Below are positions 1 through 13,096 of a DNA stretch of 64,000 nt, one piece after another; positions within the stretch are counted from its first letter, which is position 1; the number at the start of each line of letters is the position of its first letter. The stretch covers positions 148,552,001 to 148,616,000 of the forward strand of contig OX597817.1 of assembly GCA_951406725.2 (NCBI GenBank), written 5' to 3'. The notes below the pieces were generated by a model, which saw nothing but the letters and a program-made list of their open reading frames with translations, had not been told where the DNA came from and made no database searches. The DNA comes from Octopus vulgaris (Eukaryota). A program made the translations under genes and the position numbers.

Positions 1-743
1 AAAGCTCCTTCCCTCTCAAAATATCAGTACTGCGCGCCTCACCTATCCTAATATTCTTTTCTTTTTGTGCGGGATCTACATCGGTTTCGACGGTGAGAAT
101 TTACGCTTTTGATTAACTAATTTACCTTCACATTTGCCGTATAAGTTGAAAGATATTCTACAGACACTTCTTTTTATTTTACCTATCATGAGGAAGAAGT
201 GTTGTTCCCATTGCATATTGCAGGGCCTCTGACACTAGTGAGTGTAAAAAAAACCCCTCAAATGGAAACTCGGTCGGAACGCTTGAACAGAGATGACTCC
301 GCTAAAGGCACCTAAGGTGTTAGATGTTGACGTTAAACAGGACGAAATGGTAAGTGTGCCACCACGGTATGCCATGGTGGGATTTGAATATGAACCTTAA
401 AGAGCTCGAATAAATATAATAAGGCATTCACTCCGACTTTAAAATAGTACAATACAAGCAACGCCTTGATTTGGTATTTTTACTTCAACCCCGAAAAGAT
501 GAAATATAAAGTTGGCCTTAGTTATTTCAACTCGAAACACGGGAATCGAAAAACACTGAGAATAACGCTGTCCGATATTTTAACGACTTACTACCTAAAA
601 CGTATCCTTGCTGTAATCATCAGGAAGGAATTTCATTGAAGCTTGGCCTGCGAATTCAAAATACTACTCCGTGGAATCGAACCCGAAGCTTCATAATTGC
701 ACGTCTAACCTTTTAACAGTTTAGCCATGATCCACAATAAGTT

Positions 744-1124
744 GTGGCACTCCGTCGATCACGACGATGTGGGTTCCAGTTGATCCGGTCAACGGAATAG
801 CATGCTCGTCAAATTAAAGTGCAAGTGGCTGAGGACTCCACAGACGCGTGTACACTTAACCTAGATCTCGGGGAGATTTAGCGTGACACGGTGTGTGACA
901 AGGCTGGCCCTTTGAAATACAAGTACAACAGAAACAAGTTGAAAGAGTAAGAGAAAGTTGTGTGAAAGAGTACAGCAGGACTCACCACCACCCTCTGCCG
1001 GAGCCTCGTGGAGCTTTAGATGTTTTCGCTCAATAAACACTCACAACGCCCGGTCTGGGAATCGAAGCCGCGATCCTATAGCTGCGAGTCCGCTACCATA
1101 ACCACTGGGCCATGGCGCCTCCAC
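744..1124 (-). mobile_element. tRNA-derived SINE, family A head with tail T1
   Basis: Minus strand begins GTGGAGGCGCCATGGCCCAGTGGTTA (A box) ... GGCTTCGATTCCC (B-box-like); homologous copies at 25778-26080 and (head only) 28640-28816. Confidence 0.85.
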
Positions 1125-2371
1125 ATCTACACTAAGTAGCCAAGTTAAGTCTATCTTAGTATATTGCTTAATACCAAGCGATTATATCTGTTCCGATATA
1201 CAAAACAATGTATTTACTACGAAGCACGTGTCCTTCGATACGTGTTCATTTATTTACACTGTATCCATATGTTTAAAGCACCGATTATATCCATTGAGAA
1301 GAGGACACCTTATATGGTTATCTAAAGTAATAAGGGGTGACGAGGAGGAAATTAAACCGTCAGCATACTTTATTGTCAGTCTCAAATATGCTTCTTTAGT
1401 AACAGTGATTTCAACAATTCAGTTTACACAGGCATTGATTTCAATGGACTGGTTTAAATACCAGCTGACCAGCGGCAGAAAATATAATTTCCTCTCAGTC
1501 ATCAAGCCTTGTACTGAAGACCATAAGTCGTTATTAAAGTACTTCTTACCTATTTCTTTTGAGTAGTTGGATAGAATTTAATCAACAGTATTTCCGCATT
1601 TCTACTGATATCGAAATGCTGACCACTAGCAAAAATGCTTTCATTTCTTGTGAATTTCCCAAAAGTGAGGTCATCCACGTATAAATTATTGCAATAACCT
1701 AACCTGATTCCATAGAACACCAAAGTCCAGTATCCACATTTCAATAGTATTGAAGATAATAAGGCACAACGTTCGATTCACTTTGTAATAAACGTGATTT
1801 CCTGTATCGGAATTAATAATATAATATAGCTGTATGCTTCAAACAAGCCATTCCCTCTTCACCTCCCTTACACACGTTATTGTCTCTCTCTATTGTTCAT
1901 TCTTCTTTACAAAATTGTTTCTTTCAGTATGTCTCATTTTGTTCCCATTTCTCTCTTTGTCACTAACTTTCCCCTCTCTCTTTACCACTATCATCTCTGC
2001 CGCTCTCTCTCTCTCTTACACTCTCTCTCATTCTCACTCACTATCTCTCTTTCTGTCTTTCTCCCTCTATCTGGATCCCTGTGCGTGCTAGTGCATTCTC
2101 TTCACCCATACATAAACAAATATTCTGATGTGCACTCCACCCTTCACGTATTCAGTCATGAAATGTATACACATATACATACCAGCCTATATGCAGTTGT
2201 ACATGCAATTACACACACACAAACGTATACACGCACGCATATAGAAATACACGCATATACACAAAAACACATACACACGCACATACATATCGACAAACAC
2301 GCACACACACACATACACACACACACGCACACATATATATATATGTATGTATGTATATCTAAAATTATAAT

Positions 2372-2585
2372 GTAGGGTATGTAAGAGATACCACCATGCT
2401 AGAAGTAGCAGCCAAAACTTGACTCTAAAACCACATTAAATGTTCATACAGCACCAGGAGAGAAGACAAGAGACAAAATAAACTAGCAAAAACAAAGGTT
2501 AATGGATAATTCCAGATCCCGGAATTCTGATTCGGCATAAGAAATGTTCTACCTTCATCAGTGGAATATACTCAGATAGCCCATA
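2372..2585 (-). mobile_element. Penelope-like terminal-repeat fragment (family P1) with hammerhead-like motif
   Basis: Reverse complement of 12280-12490. Minus strand reads attcca-CTGATGA-AGGTA..TGCC-GAA-TC..GA-TC-tggaat. An inverted partial copy lies at 2738-2925 across a (TA)n tract. Confidence 0.55.
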
Positions 2586-2596
2586 AATACATACAT

Positions 2597-2659
<63 letters not shown>

Positions 2660-2737
2660 AAACATAAGAATACTTACATATACGAACGTATACATACATA
2701 TATATGCACGTATGCACACGACCAGTTTAAATATTTT

Positions 2738-2925
2738 TTTGCTAGTTTATTTTGTCTTTTTGGTTTTTCTCCTGCTGTATGAATATTTAATGTGGTTTCA
2801 GAGTCAAGTTTTGGCTGCTATATCCAGCGTGGTGGTATCTCTTAATTTTAATAAACCTTTGAAGGTTTTTATTCCCATGCTGGCCACCAGATAAGATCGG
2901 TTTTTAAATAACAATCTTAACTATA
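2738..2925 (+). mobile_element. Family P1 fragment, inverted relative to 2372-2585
   Basis: ttgctagtttattttgtc...ttggctgctatatccagcgtggtggtatctc...attcccatgctggccac matches 12366-12575 and 11535-11655. Confidence 0.6.
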
Positions 2926-2929
2926 TTTA

Positions 2930-3020
<91 letters not shown>

Positions 3021-3184
3021 TTGTATTATGTATGTGAAGTATATTTGCCATCTAAATGTGGCTAATTACTAAGGGTGGATGTTGCTGTAGCTTGTAGCCC
3101 CAGGAGAATATCTTCTGCAGCTGGCTATCGATACACTTTCTTGCAAAGTGAAGCTATCCTTGCCATCGTCGACCTGAAGTGATA

Positions 3185-3229
3185 CGCACGGACCCGTGTT
3201 TCTGCGTATTTTCCCGTCATCAGCGCACG
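3185..3229 (-). ncRNA. Type I hammerhead ribozyme motif, stem II decayed
   Basis: Minus strand: cgtgcg-CTGATGA-CGGGAAAATACGCA-GAAA-CACGGG-TC-cgtgcg. Core, GUC triplet and 6-bp stem I (2 G-U) are present; stem II is not well paired. Confidence 0.5.
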
Positions 3230-3320
3230 ATATTCACCGGTCTTCAAAGCGAAGGGGTCCCAATGCAAATACTTCACATTGTCGTGCAATCGCTGTCTAT
3301 ACCTCGTTCAGAGATTTATT

Positions 3321-3373
<53 letters not shown>

Positions 3374-3576
3374 ATCTATCTATCTATATATATATATATA
3401 TATATACATATATATATACACATATATATATATACACATATATGTATGTGCAACGACACAGATACATACACATTATTTTGCGTGTTAGTGTTTATGTTGG
3501 TGTAAAAGCACGGAGCATAGTGAAGTATACGAAGATGAAATTGAAAATATGCATACGTATGTGTGTGTGTGTGTAC

Positions 3577-3691
<115 letters not shown>

Positions 3692-3769
3692 TAGATAAAC
3701 TTAGATATGTTTCGACCAAAGATTGGGCCAGGCCATGTCTAACTTAATTGCACCACCTGAACTTAATAG

Positions 3770-4325
3770 CACCACCTGCATATATGGGTACGGAACTCAC
3801 CATATGTGTAAACAACATGAAGTACGAAACCAACATGTTCAGTCCGCAAACAAAAAAATAATAAAATGGAAAGCAGGGCAAGTAACACAAAGAACGACAC
3901 TCCATTAGTTGTCGGCTGTCTATACACTCCTCATTTCGAGCATTCAACGACAATATGTGTCTTCGAAAACAGTTGCTTCCATAAATTCAGAAATAAAATT
4001 TTGAATTTATGTAGGGCTAAAGTTGGGAACAGAAACAGAACAGTAGAGACATACAAGGAAACCGAACGAAAATAAACATGAAAGGTCGTTAGACCAGAAC
4101 GAGAGGAAAATAGTGAAAGCGGTTTCCTTGTATGTCTCCATATGGAATTGCAGAATGCTCGAAATAAGGAGTAAATAGACAGCCGACAACTGATGAAGAG
4201 TCGTTCTTTGTGGTACTTGAACTATTTTCTATCTTTTCTCACATTGTTTGCGTATTTAACTTGTTTGTTTTTGTACTTCATGTTGTTTACACACTTAGTG
4301 ATGCCCTGTATCCATTAATGCATAT
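3770..4325. repeat. Inverted pair of a Penelope-terminus-like repeat
   Basis: 3770-3945 (..caaagaacgacactccattagttgtcggctgtctat..) is the imperfect reverse complement of 4155-4325 (..atagacagccgacaactgatgaagagtcgttctttg..); a related fragment lies at 40865-41030. Confidence 0.55.
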
Positions 4326-4342
4326 ATATGTGTGTATGTATG

Positions 4343-4397
<55 letters not shown>

Positions 4398-4399
4398 AT

Positions 4400-4500
4400 T
4401 TGCTTTATTATTAAAGCTGCAAAAATATCACAAAAACTGCTACTCAGAGTTTAACGCTCCCGTCGTCAGACAGTTGTGAGTCAGAAAGGAACAAGAAATA
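4400..4500 (-). mobile_element. Family P2 fragment with degenerate hammerhead
   Basis: Minus strand aactgt-CTGACGA-CGGGAGCGT-TAAA-CTCTGAG-TA-gcagtt (GAAA changed to TAAA); same family as 29396-29610 and 30310-30480. Confidence 0.6.
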
Positions 4501-4904
4501 TGTTGTAAATATAATACATTATCATGCAATTCGCATTTTGAATTTTATTGGCCGTTTCATGTAACGGCTCTTTTTAAGAAGCGGGGAATTTGAATAATAA
4601 ATATTAAAAATTATAAGGCATAAATATTGTGTTGTACAAATTCGAAGAAAACCTTCTGTTTTTCTGCTAGAGAAACAAGGCTCGTAATTTTCGGGTGTGG
4701 GCCAGTAGATTAGATGGACCCCAGGACACAACTGGTACTCAATCTTAATTACACACACACACACACAAATACACACACACAAACACACACACACACACAC
4801 ACATATATGTGAGTGTGTGTGTGTGTATATGTATATATATATATATATAAATTGTTTGTTTGTTTTCCACCTGCCTTCGTCTTTTGTCTATTTTCATAAA
4901 GCTT

Positions 4905-4939
<35 letters not shown>

Positions 4940-4940
<1 letters not shown>

Positions 4941-5101
4941 TACGAGCTTCTTTCCGTTTCCGTCTACCAAATCCACTCACAACTTTTAGTCGGCCTGAGG
5001 TTATAGTTAGAGACAATTGCCCAAGGTGACACGTAGTGTGACTAACCCGCAACCATGTGGTTGGGAAGCAAGCTTCTTACCACACAGCCAAGCCTGCGCC
5101 T
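4940..5101 (-). mobile_element. SINE family C, 5' half
   Basis: Reverse complement of the head of 25329-25760 (ggcgcagg..ggctgtgtggtaag..accttgggcaa..ggtagacggaaac). Confidence 0.85.
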
Positions 5102-6321
5102 GTATGTGTGCGTGCGTGTGAATCTGTGTATGTGTGTGAGGGTGTATCTGTGTGTGTGTATCTGTGTGCATGCATATATTATGTAGATTTGAATATGAAT
5201 GTGCATAAAGCAATAAAGTGAGCTATAATTAGCCCACGAAACCTGTAAAAGATGTTATTCCTGTATGAGCACGTCAGACTCTTCTGTGTGTAATTGCAAC
5301 GGATTAAACGTCTTCCTTGCAAATGACATGTGCGTTTCTAAAGAATTATTAGACTATAGAATAAATGCCCTTCCTGTAAATTACAGTCAAACATATAGTT
5401 ATATGAAGTGCTTACTGAAAATCCCTACAAAATTCAACGGTCGTAGTATACATTCAGATATTCGGAAGGACACTCAACTAGCTTACTACCCAAATATATA
5501 CGAGGTTAACGGGATGATAATAATATCAATTATTATTTTAATGGTCTGACAAAGAATACGCGTCCTTCTATATTACATGCTCCGAAAAGGAAGAACTTTA
5601 TCAGAGAACAATATCCTACTTCAGTCATCTGCAATTTAGAATAGAACATTGGACTTGGTGAATTGTTACAGAATCACCTAACAATAATTGCTACATAAAA
5701 TAGTTTATTTTCTTCTTAATGGATGCGCCATGCAGGGAAAATTGTCACATATTCTTAAAATTAAAATTTACATATTTATCCATGCTAAACACTTTTAACA
5801 ATAGCACCTCTCCTTGCCTTTGTTTGTCTTATAGATATGATATTGAAAATATGAAAACATCATGCGTATATCCATGTGAATATGCGCATGGATCCGGTAG
5901 TCTTTGTACGGATTTCCCTGAAGGACATGCTTACGCATAAGTCTTATGATAATCCTTCATGGATTATACTACATGGATTATACTACATAATATTTCGTTT
6001 GTTTCTTTTTCGTTTTTAAATATTAGTGTTGTCCAGTATGTGATGAATTATATCACAGGTTCCCATATGTGAGAAATATTTTTTAATGTTATTGTGTCAA
6101 AGATTCAAATCTAGATGACTGATCATAATCATAGTTCCCTATTTTGCCCATGTTTGTTCTTGTGTGTGTCATTTCGGTTTCCTTTCAGTGAATAATAGGG
6201 AATCAGAAACTCAGTGTAACTATAAAATAATCATTAGCTTCGCATTAAAAAAAAACTCCGTGTTGCGCATTGAACATATTACAAACAATCATATGTAAAC
6301 CCGCACGCACACACACACACA

Positions 6322-6357
<36 letters not shown>

Positions 6358-6453
6358 TATACACAATTACATATGCTAATATGTATCCGCATATATACGT
6401 ATGTATGTAATAATATATGTATGTATATTGCGGGTTATTCTGACAAGACATAA

Positions 6454-6684
6454 GGCGGCGAGCTGGCAGAAACGTTAGCACACCGGGCGAAATGCGTAGC
6501 CGTATTTCGTCTGCCCTTACGTTCTGAGCTCAAATTCCGCCGAGGTCGACTTTGCCTTTTATCCTTTCGGGGTCGATAAATTAAGTACCAGTTATGCACT
6601 GGAGTCGATGTAATCGACATAATCCGTTTGTCTGTCTTTATTTGTCCCCTCTGTGTTTAGCCCCTTGTGGGTAGTAAAGAAATA
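6454..6684 (+). mobile_element. tRNA-derived SINE family B, full monomer
   Basis: GGCGGCGAGCTGGCAGAAACGTTAGCA ... GAGCTCAAATTCCGCC (B-box-like) ... CCTTTCGGGGTCGATAAATTAAGTACCAG ... TAAAGAAATA; more than 12 copies in this window. Confidence 0.9.
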
Positions 6685-8200
6685 TATACCGACAAGACAA
6701 TGCTGCATTAGATCTTTTCGGTATAGAGCTTATCGATGGAATTATTCTTCAAACAAAATTTTGTGTATGAGTTTGTGGTAAGAATCAATTATGACAATGA
6801 GAAATTATATAAAAGCCTGGTGGAATTTAATAAAATCAACGCATAAATTTGCAGAGAGATTCTTCATTGTATTGTAAGAATTAATTTTAATTTGTATCCT
6901 CTGTGTTTGGATGGCAATACAATGCATCTTCCTAAATGCTTATTTGGTAAATTTGCACTTCAGAAGCAGACCGTTTATTTTTCTAGTATTCAATATCATG
7001 ATTAAGTCCAAGGAGATGATGTATAACCGCCTTTGACAGGCTTGCATGATTTAAATATAATTCTTTAGATTTGCCGCCTATTAATTTGCCTGTGTAGGTC
7101 TTGTTCAAATGTGTCAACGAAACAACATTGATGTGTGAATAGATACATTTAGATTCCCCCATTAAGAACTTAATATGAGATTAAATGGATAGTCTTTGGA
7201 AAGGAATCAAAAGAAAGACGTAAGGTATGTTACACAACAGACAAGATAAATCTGTGTCAAATGCTACATTTAAACAGCGATTCAGTGAACTACAAAGTAT
7301 AATGTGTCGTAACTCGTTCAATTCTTTACACAATTATATACGATACAGTAGAACTGGTCTCGGGTTGTGAACGGCAGAAATTGACAGGGTAATAAAGTGA
7401 TGTTAGTAATGACAAAATTGATTACTCATGTAATGAATGATTGATAGACCATCATTAAGAGCAAATAAGGATAGAATGATCAAATGGATACACGAAGGAG
7501 AACTTACAAGTGATAAGAAGCAATTTATCGATCAGATTTCTTCCAAAGATTTAAACGTAACTTGCCTAATTGAAAAGGAAATTCAATTCAACTTTGCACT
7601 GCATTAGAATTCTTCAGGCCGAGTTGAAGACTTTACAAGTTTTGTGAAGACTACCACACATTTATAACAACTGTACTCTCTTTATCAGACTAAACAAAGC
7701 ATTTTCATTTTCAATTTCAATTTCTGGAAAAGACCATTATACCTTTGAGAAGCGTAAACACTGGAGAAAATAAATGTGCATGTGATTTCCAGAATCTAAT
7801 CATTTTAAGTTAAAATCTTTAACACATTAAAGAGTAGATTGTTATTTCTGCCTCTTAAATATATATTAGATGTACGGATACAGGATTATTTTATTCACAG
7901 TACTTTGCATAAAGAAAAAGAATAATTGACTTTAATACGATTTTAATAGCCATCTATATATCTGTGAATAGTTCTGTGCTATTGTTATTATTACTTTTTA
8001 AAACAAATCAGCTCGAACAAATCAACTTCATCTAGGGTGCCATGCCCGCTTTCTAAAACAGTAGACATAATCTGTTAAGGGATACTTAGTAGATACTTTG
8101 AAGAAAGATATTTCTCTTTGTTGCTCATTCTTTCTCAGTCTGTCTGGATGTTTCTTTCTCTCCCTCTCTCTCACTCTTTCTGTCTTTCTTTATATACATA

Positions 8201-8588
8201 CTAGCAGTATCGCCCGGCGTTGCTCGGGTTTGTAAGGGAAATAACTATACAGCATTTTTAGAGAGTCAAAAAATAGCAAAAAAATGCATTAAAAATGGGA
8301 AAAATATGATGGTAATTTTTTTTTTAAATCGTTGACTCATCGTAGACATTTTTAAAGAGTAAGTTCCCTTTAAAAAAATATGCATGAAAATGGAAAAAAA
8401 TAATGGTAAATTATTTTTAAAATCGTAGTCTCGTCGAAGACAAGCGCTAATACCCAGAAGGGCTCGATATGAATCAAGACTATAAGATACCCGGTTTTGG
8501 TTAAACTGCACCGCAAAATGTGGGAGTAGTTAGGAATCTAAATCGAAGGGGACAGACACTCACACAACTACAGTTTTATATATAAAGA
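8201..8588 (-). mobile_element. Non-autonomous Helitron
   Basis: Minus strand A|TC...CTAG|T termini, no TSD, subterminal GC hairpin CCCGAGCAACGCCGGG about 10 nt before CTAG; termini shared with 61096-61486. Confidence 0.8.
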
Positions 8589-9138
8589 TATATATATATA
8601 TATATATTGTAGTGTACATGTTATGTTTATGAAACATTTACAAGAAGATTTGTACAGGCGACATCGAAATTGCGGCCTGACGTCCTTTATCGACCAAAGT
8701 TTTACGGCTCATCTTATACAAATTATCATATTCTAAAATGTCTTACATAGTTCATTATTTTCTAATAAGAGTATTTTTTAATACGTTCAAGCACCTATTA
8801 TTCGAATAAAACCAGAGTAACAGGACCGTATGCTACATCTTCAGATTATCACACAATTAGGTAATTTTATAACGTAAGCCAAATTTAAAAAATGAAATTA
8901 GTGAATATCGGATTCGTTCTTTAGCTGGTAGTACGGCTTCGGTTTTGCCCAGAACATTGTAGCCGCCACAAAAAATTATGAATATTGTGTTGCTGCTCAA
9001 TATGATCTGTTTCGGTGAAAATTAGATGTACAGTATACACTCTACAGCGTTTTCACAGGAATGTACATGCAGGAACACACATACACGCAGGCTCGTATCT
9101 ATATAAACATAAACACACACACACACATATATACATAC

Positions 9139-9455
<317 letters not shown>

Positions 9456-9608
9456 GACAAGCACAGACACATATATATATATACATATATACATATACAT
9501 CATATCAAAAGGGAAATGGAATTTAATTAAATTTGAAATATTCAATCAAAATTTACATTTCCAGTGGTCTAACGTGTAAAAAGTTAGTCAAGAAGACTAT
9601 ATATTAGT

Positions 9609-9849
9609 TATACGATAGTGTATATTTATACACATAAGGAATCCACACTTAGGGTGAAATTCAACACATAGAACCATAAAAATTACGGATACGATTCGAC
9701 AGGAACAAAATTTGGAAATGAAAAACTAAATGTTTTTCATTTCCAAATTTTCTTCCTGTCGAATCTTATCGGTAATTTTTGTGGTTCTATGTGTTGAATT
9801 TCACCCTAAGTGTGGATTCCTTATGTGCATAAATATACACTATCGTATA
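9609..9849. repeat. Long inverted repeat (about 118-bp arms, about 5-nt loop)
   Basis: tatacgatagtg...ggaaatgaaaaac / taaat / gtttttcatttcc...cactatcgtata with few mismatches; the upstream flank 9500-9625 matches 48885-48985. Confidence 0.9.
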
Positions 9850-10614
9850 TACATATACATATATATATGTTTGTATACATATTTATGTATACATACATGT
9901 ATAAATATGCCTATATATATGCATATATATGAGTTTACACAAATACGTTTATATGCATTTATGTGTGTGAGTGTGTATATATGTATGCATGTATGTTTGC
10001 ATGCTTGTATGTATGCATGTGTGTACAGAGAGACAGACAGAGACGGTATAACTATTTCGTATTTATTACAAGATGTGGCAGCATGCAGGGAAAAGAAATA
10101 ATCGGTGGAGATGTGTGCATAATCTGTCTTTCATAAGCTTTTTTTTTTTGTTTCTTTTCGTTTCTTCATTCACACAAGCAGATTTTAGGAAAGGTGTAAC
10201 CACAGCTGAGGGCACCGCCAACAGCATTGCTAAGAAGAGATTTAAAATTGCGCTTCATCTTCAACAGAACGACTCAGTAGGATATTGATAAGCAGAAGTT
10301 TTAGTAAAACATAAATAAATATAATAGAATCGGCACAACATGCGCTGAAAGATAAAATTATCAAACAGTTTAACCGCATGGAGATCCCCAATACAACAAA
10401 GCCTATTTTCTTCCGGATTTCAATTCCCTGCATTTCTACATGCTTTAGATACCCTCCACTGAGTCAACAATTTCCATATGAAGTCACTGCTCTGTTTTCT
10501 GGCTCCTAATTCATTACAGATTACTCTAGACAAACGCAGTTAATAAGCATTAGGTTTATTTCTAGATATAAAACTGCCTGGTGTTGTTAATATAATGGAG
10601 CATCGTCAAAAGCG

Positions 10615-11260
10615 ACTAGCAAACAGAATTGTTACCGCTCCATGCAAAAATGCTTGGCGGTATTTCTTCCGATTTTACGTTCTTTCTTCCAATGTGAACG
10701 GAATTGACTTTGTCTTCCATCCTTTCGGACTCGACAAAATACGTAATAGTTGAACATTGGATTCGATTCAGTGAACTTAGCCCCTCGCCGTACCTACTGA
10801 TCATGTGCCAAAATTTGAAACCAGTGTTATGGCGTATCACCAAAAGTAGCTGCTGATAGAATCCTTAGTATGCCGGGTGAGATTCGTAGCAGCATTTCGC
10901 TCGTTTTTATGTTCCGAGATCAAATTCCACCGAGGTTGGTTTAGCCTTTTATCATTTGGGGGTCGATAAAATAATAAGTACCAGCTGAGCACAGGGATCA
11001 ATGTAATCGATTTGCCTCCTCCACCCCACGGATTCATTGGCCTTGTACCAAAATTTAAAACTAATAATATTATAGGGCATCATGAAAGGCGGCGAGCTGG
11101 CAGAATCGTTACTGCGCCTGATAAAATGCTTAGCGGTATTTCATCCGGCGTTGCATTTTATCATTTCGTACTCCTAAAAATAATTTCCAATTGAGCAATA
11201 AGCACGAATGTAATGGACTTATCTTTTCCCTCAAAAGTTACTAACCTCGTGCCAAAGTTA
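10615..11260 (+). mobile_element. Three consecutive degenerate SINE family B copies
   Basis: Three repeats of the head/ggtcgataaa/gatgtaatcgac/ccttgtgccaaaatttgaaa layout at about 10615, 10845 and 11088. Confidence 0.7.
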
Positions 11261-11898
11261 AAATATTGTACAGTAAACGGAAGCGTTAATTATTAGTACA
11301 TTTTAAAGGTATTATTGTAGAATGTTGTAGAATAATTAATGTCAAAGGTACCTGAAGATTTATTCTCTAATCTTGTTTAGAATTCTTGGGACCATCGAAA
11401 TTTCTACTTATTTTTACTGTATAAACACACAAAACTGGCTTTCACACCTTCAAGAGTTAATGACCTACAACTATTTAAATCCAGCCGCCAATCTCTGAAA
11501 ATAGCAGTCAAAATGTGACACTAAAGCCACAGAGTGGTGGTATCTCTCAGATACCCTAAATTATAATTTTAAATAATTATTACCATTGAAAGGTTTTTAT
11601 TCCCATGCTGGTCACTTGATAAGATCGATATTTAAATATCGATCTTATCCTTATTTATAAATTTATATATTTTCGTCATTATATTCACTGCGGTGTTTAT
11701 TCTGACCATATCACAAGGGGAGCTTTAAGGCGAGCAATTTAAACTGGTCGTGTACATACGTGCATATATATGTAAGTATAGACGTTCGTATATGTAAGTA
11801 TATCTTATGTTGTGTGTATATATATAAGTAGTTGAATGAATTATCTTAGTATGGATAATTCGGTTAACCGATACCTGGGTAGCAAATTCACATATATA

Positions 11899-12153
11899 CA
11901 ATTGCAGCGTGGAAGGTGTTTGTAAGCTATTTAAGAAACACACAAAAGCCGTTCGATTCACTTCAACATTTAAGTTTAATTTGTCAAAATATTTTCGTCG
12001 CTATAAGACCGCAACCTGTTCACTGACAAAAATCCGTGCTGCATCTCATAGCGACGAAAATATTTTGATAAATTAAACTTAAATGTTGAAGTAAATCGAA
12101 CGGCTTTTGTGTATTCCTTAAATGGTTTACAAACACCTTCCACGCTGCAATTG
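11899..12153. repeat. Inverted repeat (about 110-bp arms, about 35-nt spacer) containing a hammerhead-shaped motif
   Basis: caattgcagcgtggaaggtgtttgtaa...tcgtcgctat / atagcgacga...ttacaaacaccttccacgctgcaattg; minus-strand HHR-like fold at 11980-12030. Confidence 0.85.
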
Positions 12154-12210
12154 TTTTCGTTCCAGCACACGATCTCAAATCAAATCACTTGCTATGCAAG
12201 TACATCTCCG

Positions 12211-12274
<64 letters not shown>

Positions 12275-12279
12275 ATCTA

Positions 12280-12575
12280 TGTGCTATCTGAGTATATTCC
12301 ACTGACGAAGGCAGAGCATCTCTTATGCTGAATCAGAATTCCAGGATCTGGAATTATCCAGTATTGTTGCTAGTTTATTTTGTCTCTCTGTTATCTCTCC
12401 TAGTGGTATATGAATATTTAATGTGGCTTTAGAATCAGGTTCTGATTGCTATTTTCAGCGTGATGGTATCTGTCCCTAAATCATAATTTTAAATACTTAT
12501 TACCTTTGAAAAATTTTTATTCCCATGCTAGCCACTTGACAAAATCGATATATAAATATCGATCTTGTCCTTATA
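12280..12575 (+). mobile_element. Family P1 element between (TA)n tracts, hammerhead-like motif at 12296-12354
   Basis: attcca-CTGACGA-AGGCA..TGCT-GAA-TCAGAATTCCAGGA-TC-tggaat; matches 2372-2585 (inverted) and 2738-2925. Confidence 0.6.
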
Positions 12576-12795
12576 TATATATATATATATATATATAAAG
12601 TAAGCTGAGTTGAAGGTTACAGTAGCCGTCTAAGGGATGGAAATATCCATTATACTAACGGTATATTGCCTATGTTTAACCATGGGTATAAATATGCAAG
12701 AATATTATTCTCATAAATTATAAGTAAAGACAAGGATAAACATGAGTTTATCAAGAATCAACATTGGGTGTACGTGTGTGTTTGTTAGTGTGTGT

Positions 12796-13091
12796 GAAGG
12801 CGCGTGGCTTGGCTTAGCGGTTTGGGTATTCGGCGCAATATCGTATTCGGTCGTGAGTTCGATTTCCTTTATTTCATGTTGCTCCAGTGCATTCAGTCGA
12901 CAAGCGTGAGCACTAACTCTGTTTCAAAGTGACAGCCTTGTGACATGTTGTGCCTCACTGAATCCCGCTTAGAACTACGTTAAAGTTTCGAATCTTTGGG
13001 GATTAGTCAGACACTTGCATGCTAATTTCTCGAAAAGGCACTTCCGTTGATCGGATTACCAGCACACTCGCTTCGTAACTAACGGAGTCGC
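12796..13091 (+). mobile_element. Degenerate SINE, family D head with tail T1
   Basis: gaaggcgcgtggctt..gtgagttcgatt..tttatttcatgttgctccagt head; 3' end cacttgcatgctaatttc..ttccgttgatcggat..cggagt is the same tail as in 744-930. Confidence 0.7.
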
Positions 13092-13096
13092 ATTCT

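Noticed and set aside
4186-4215. CTGATGA at 4190 (and 40992 minus, 16670, 30106 minus, 49714) as hammerheads or C/D box RNAs
   Set aside because: No correctly placed GAAA, stem III and stem I partner could be found.
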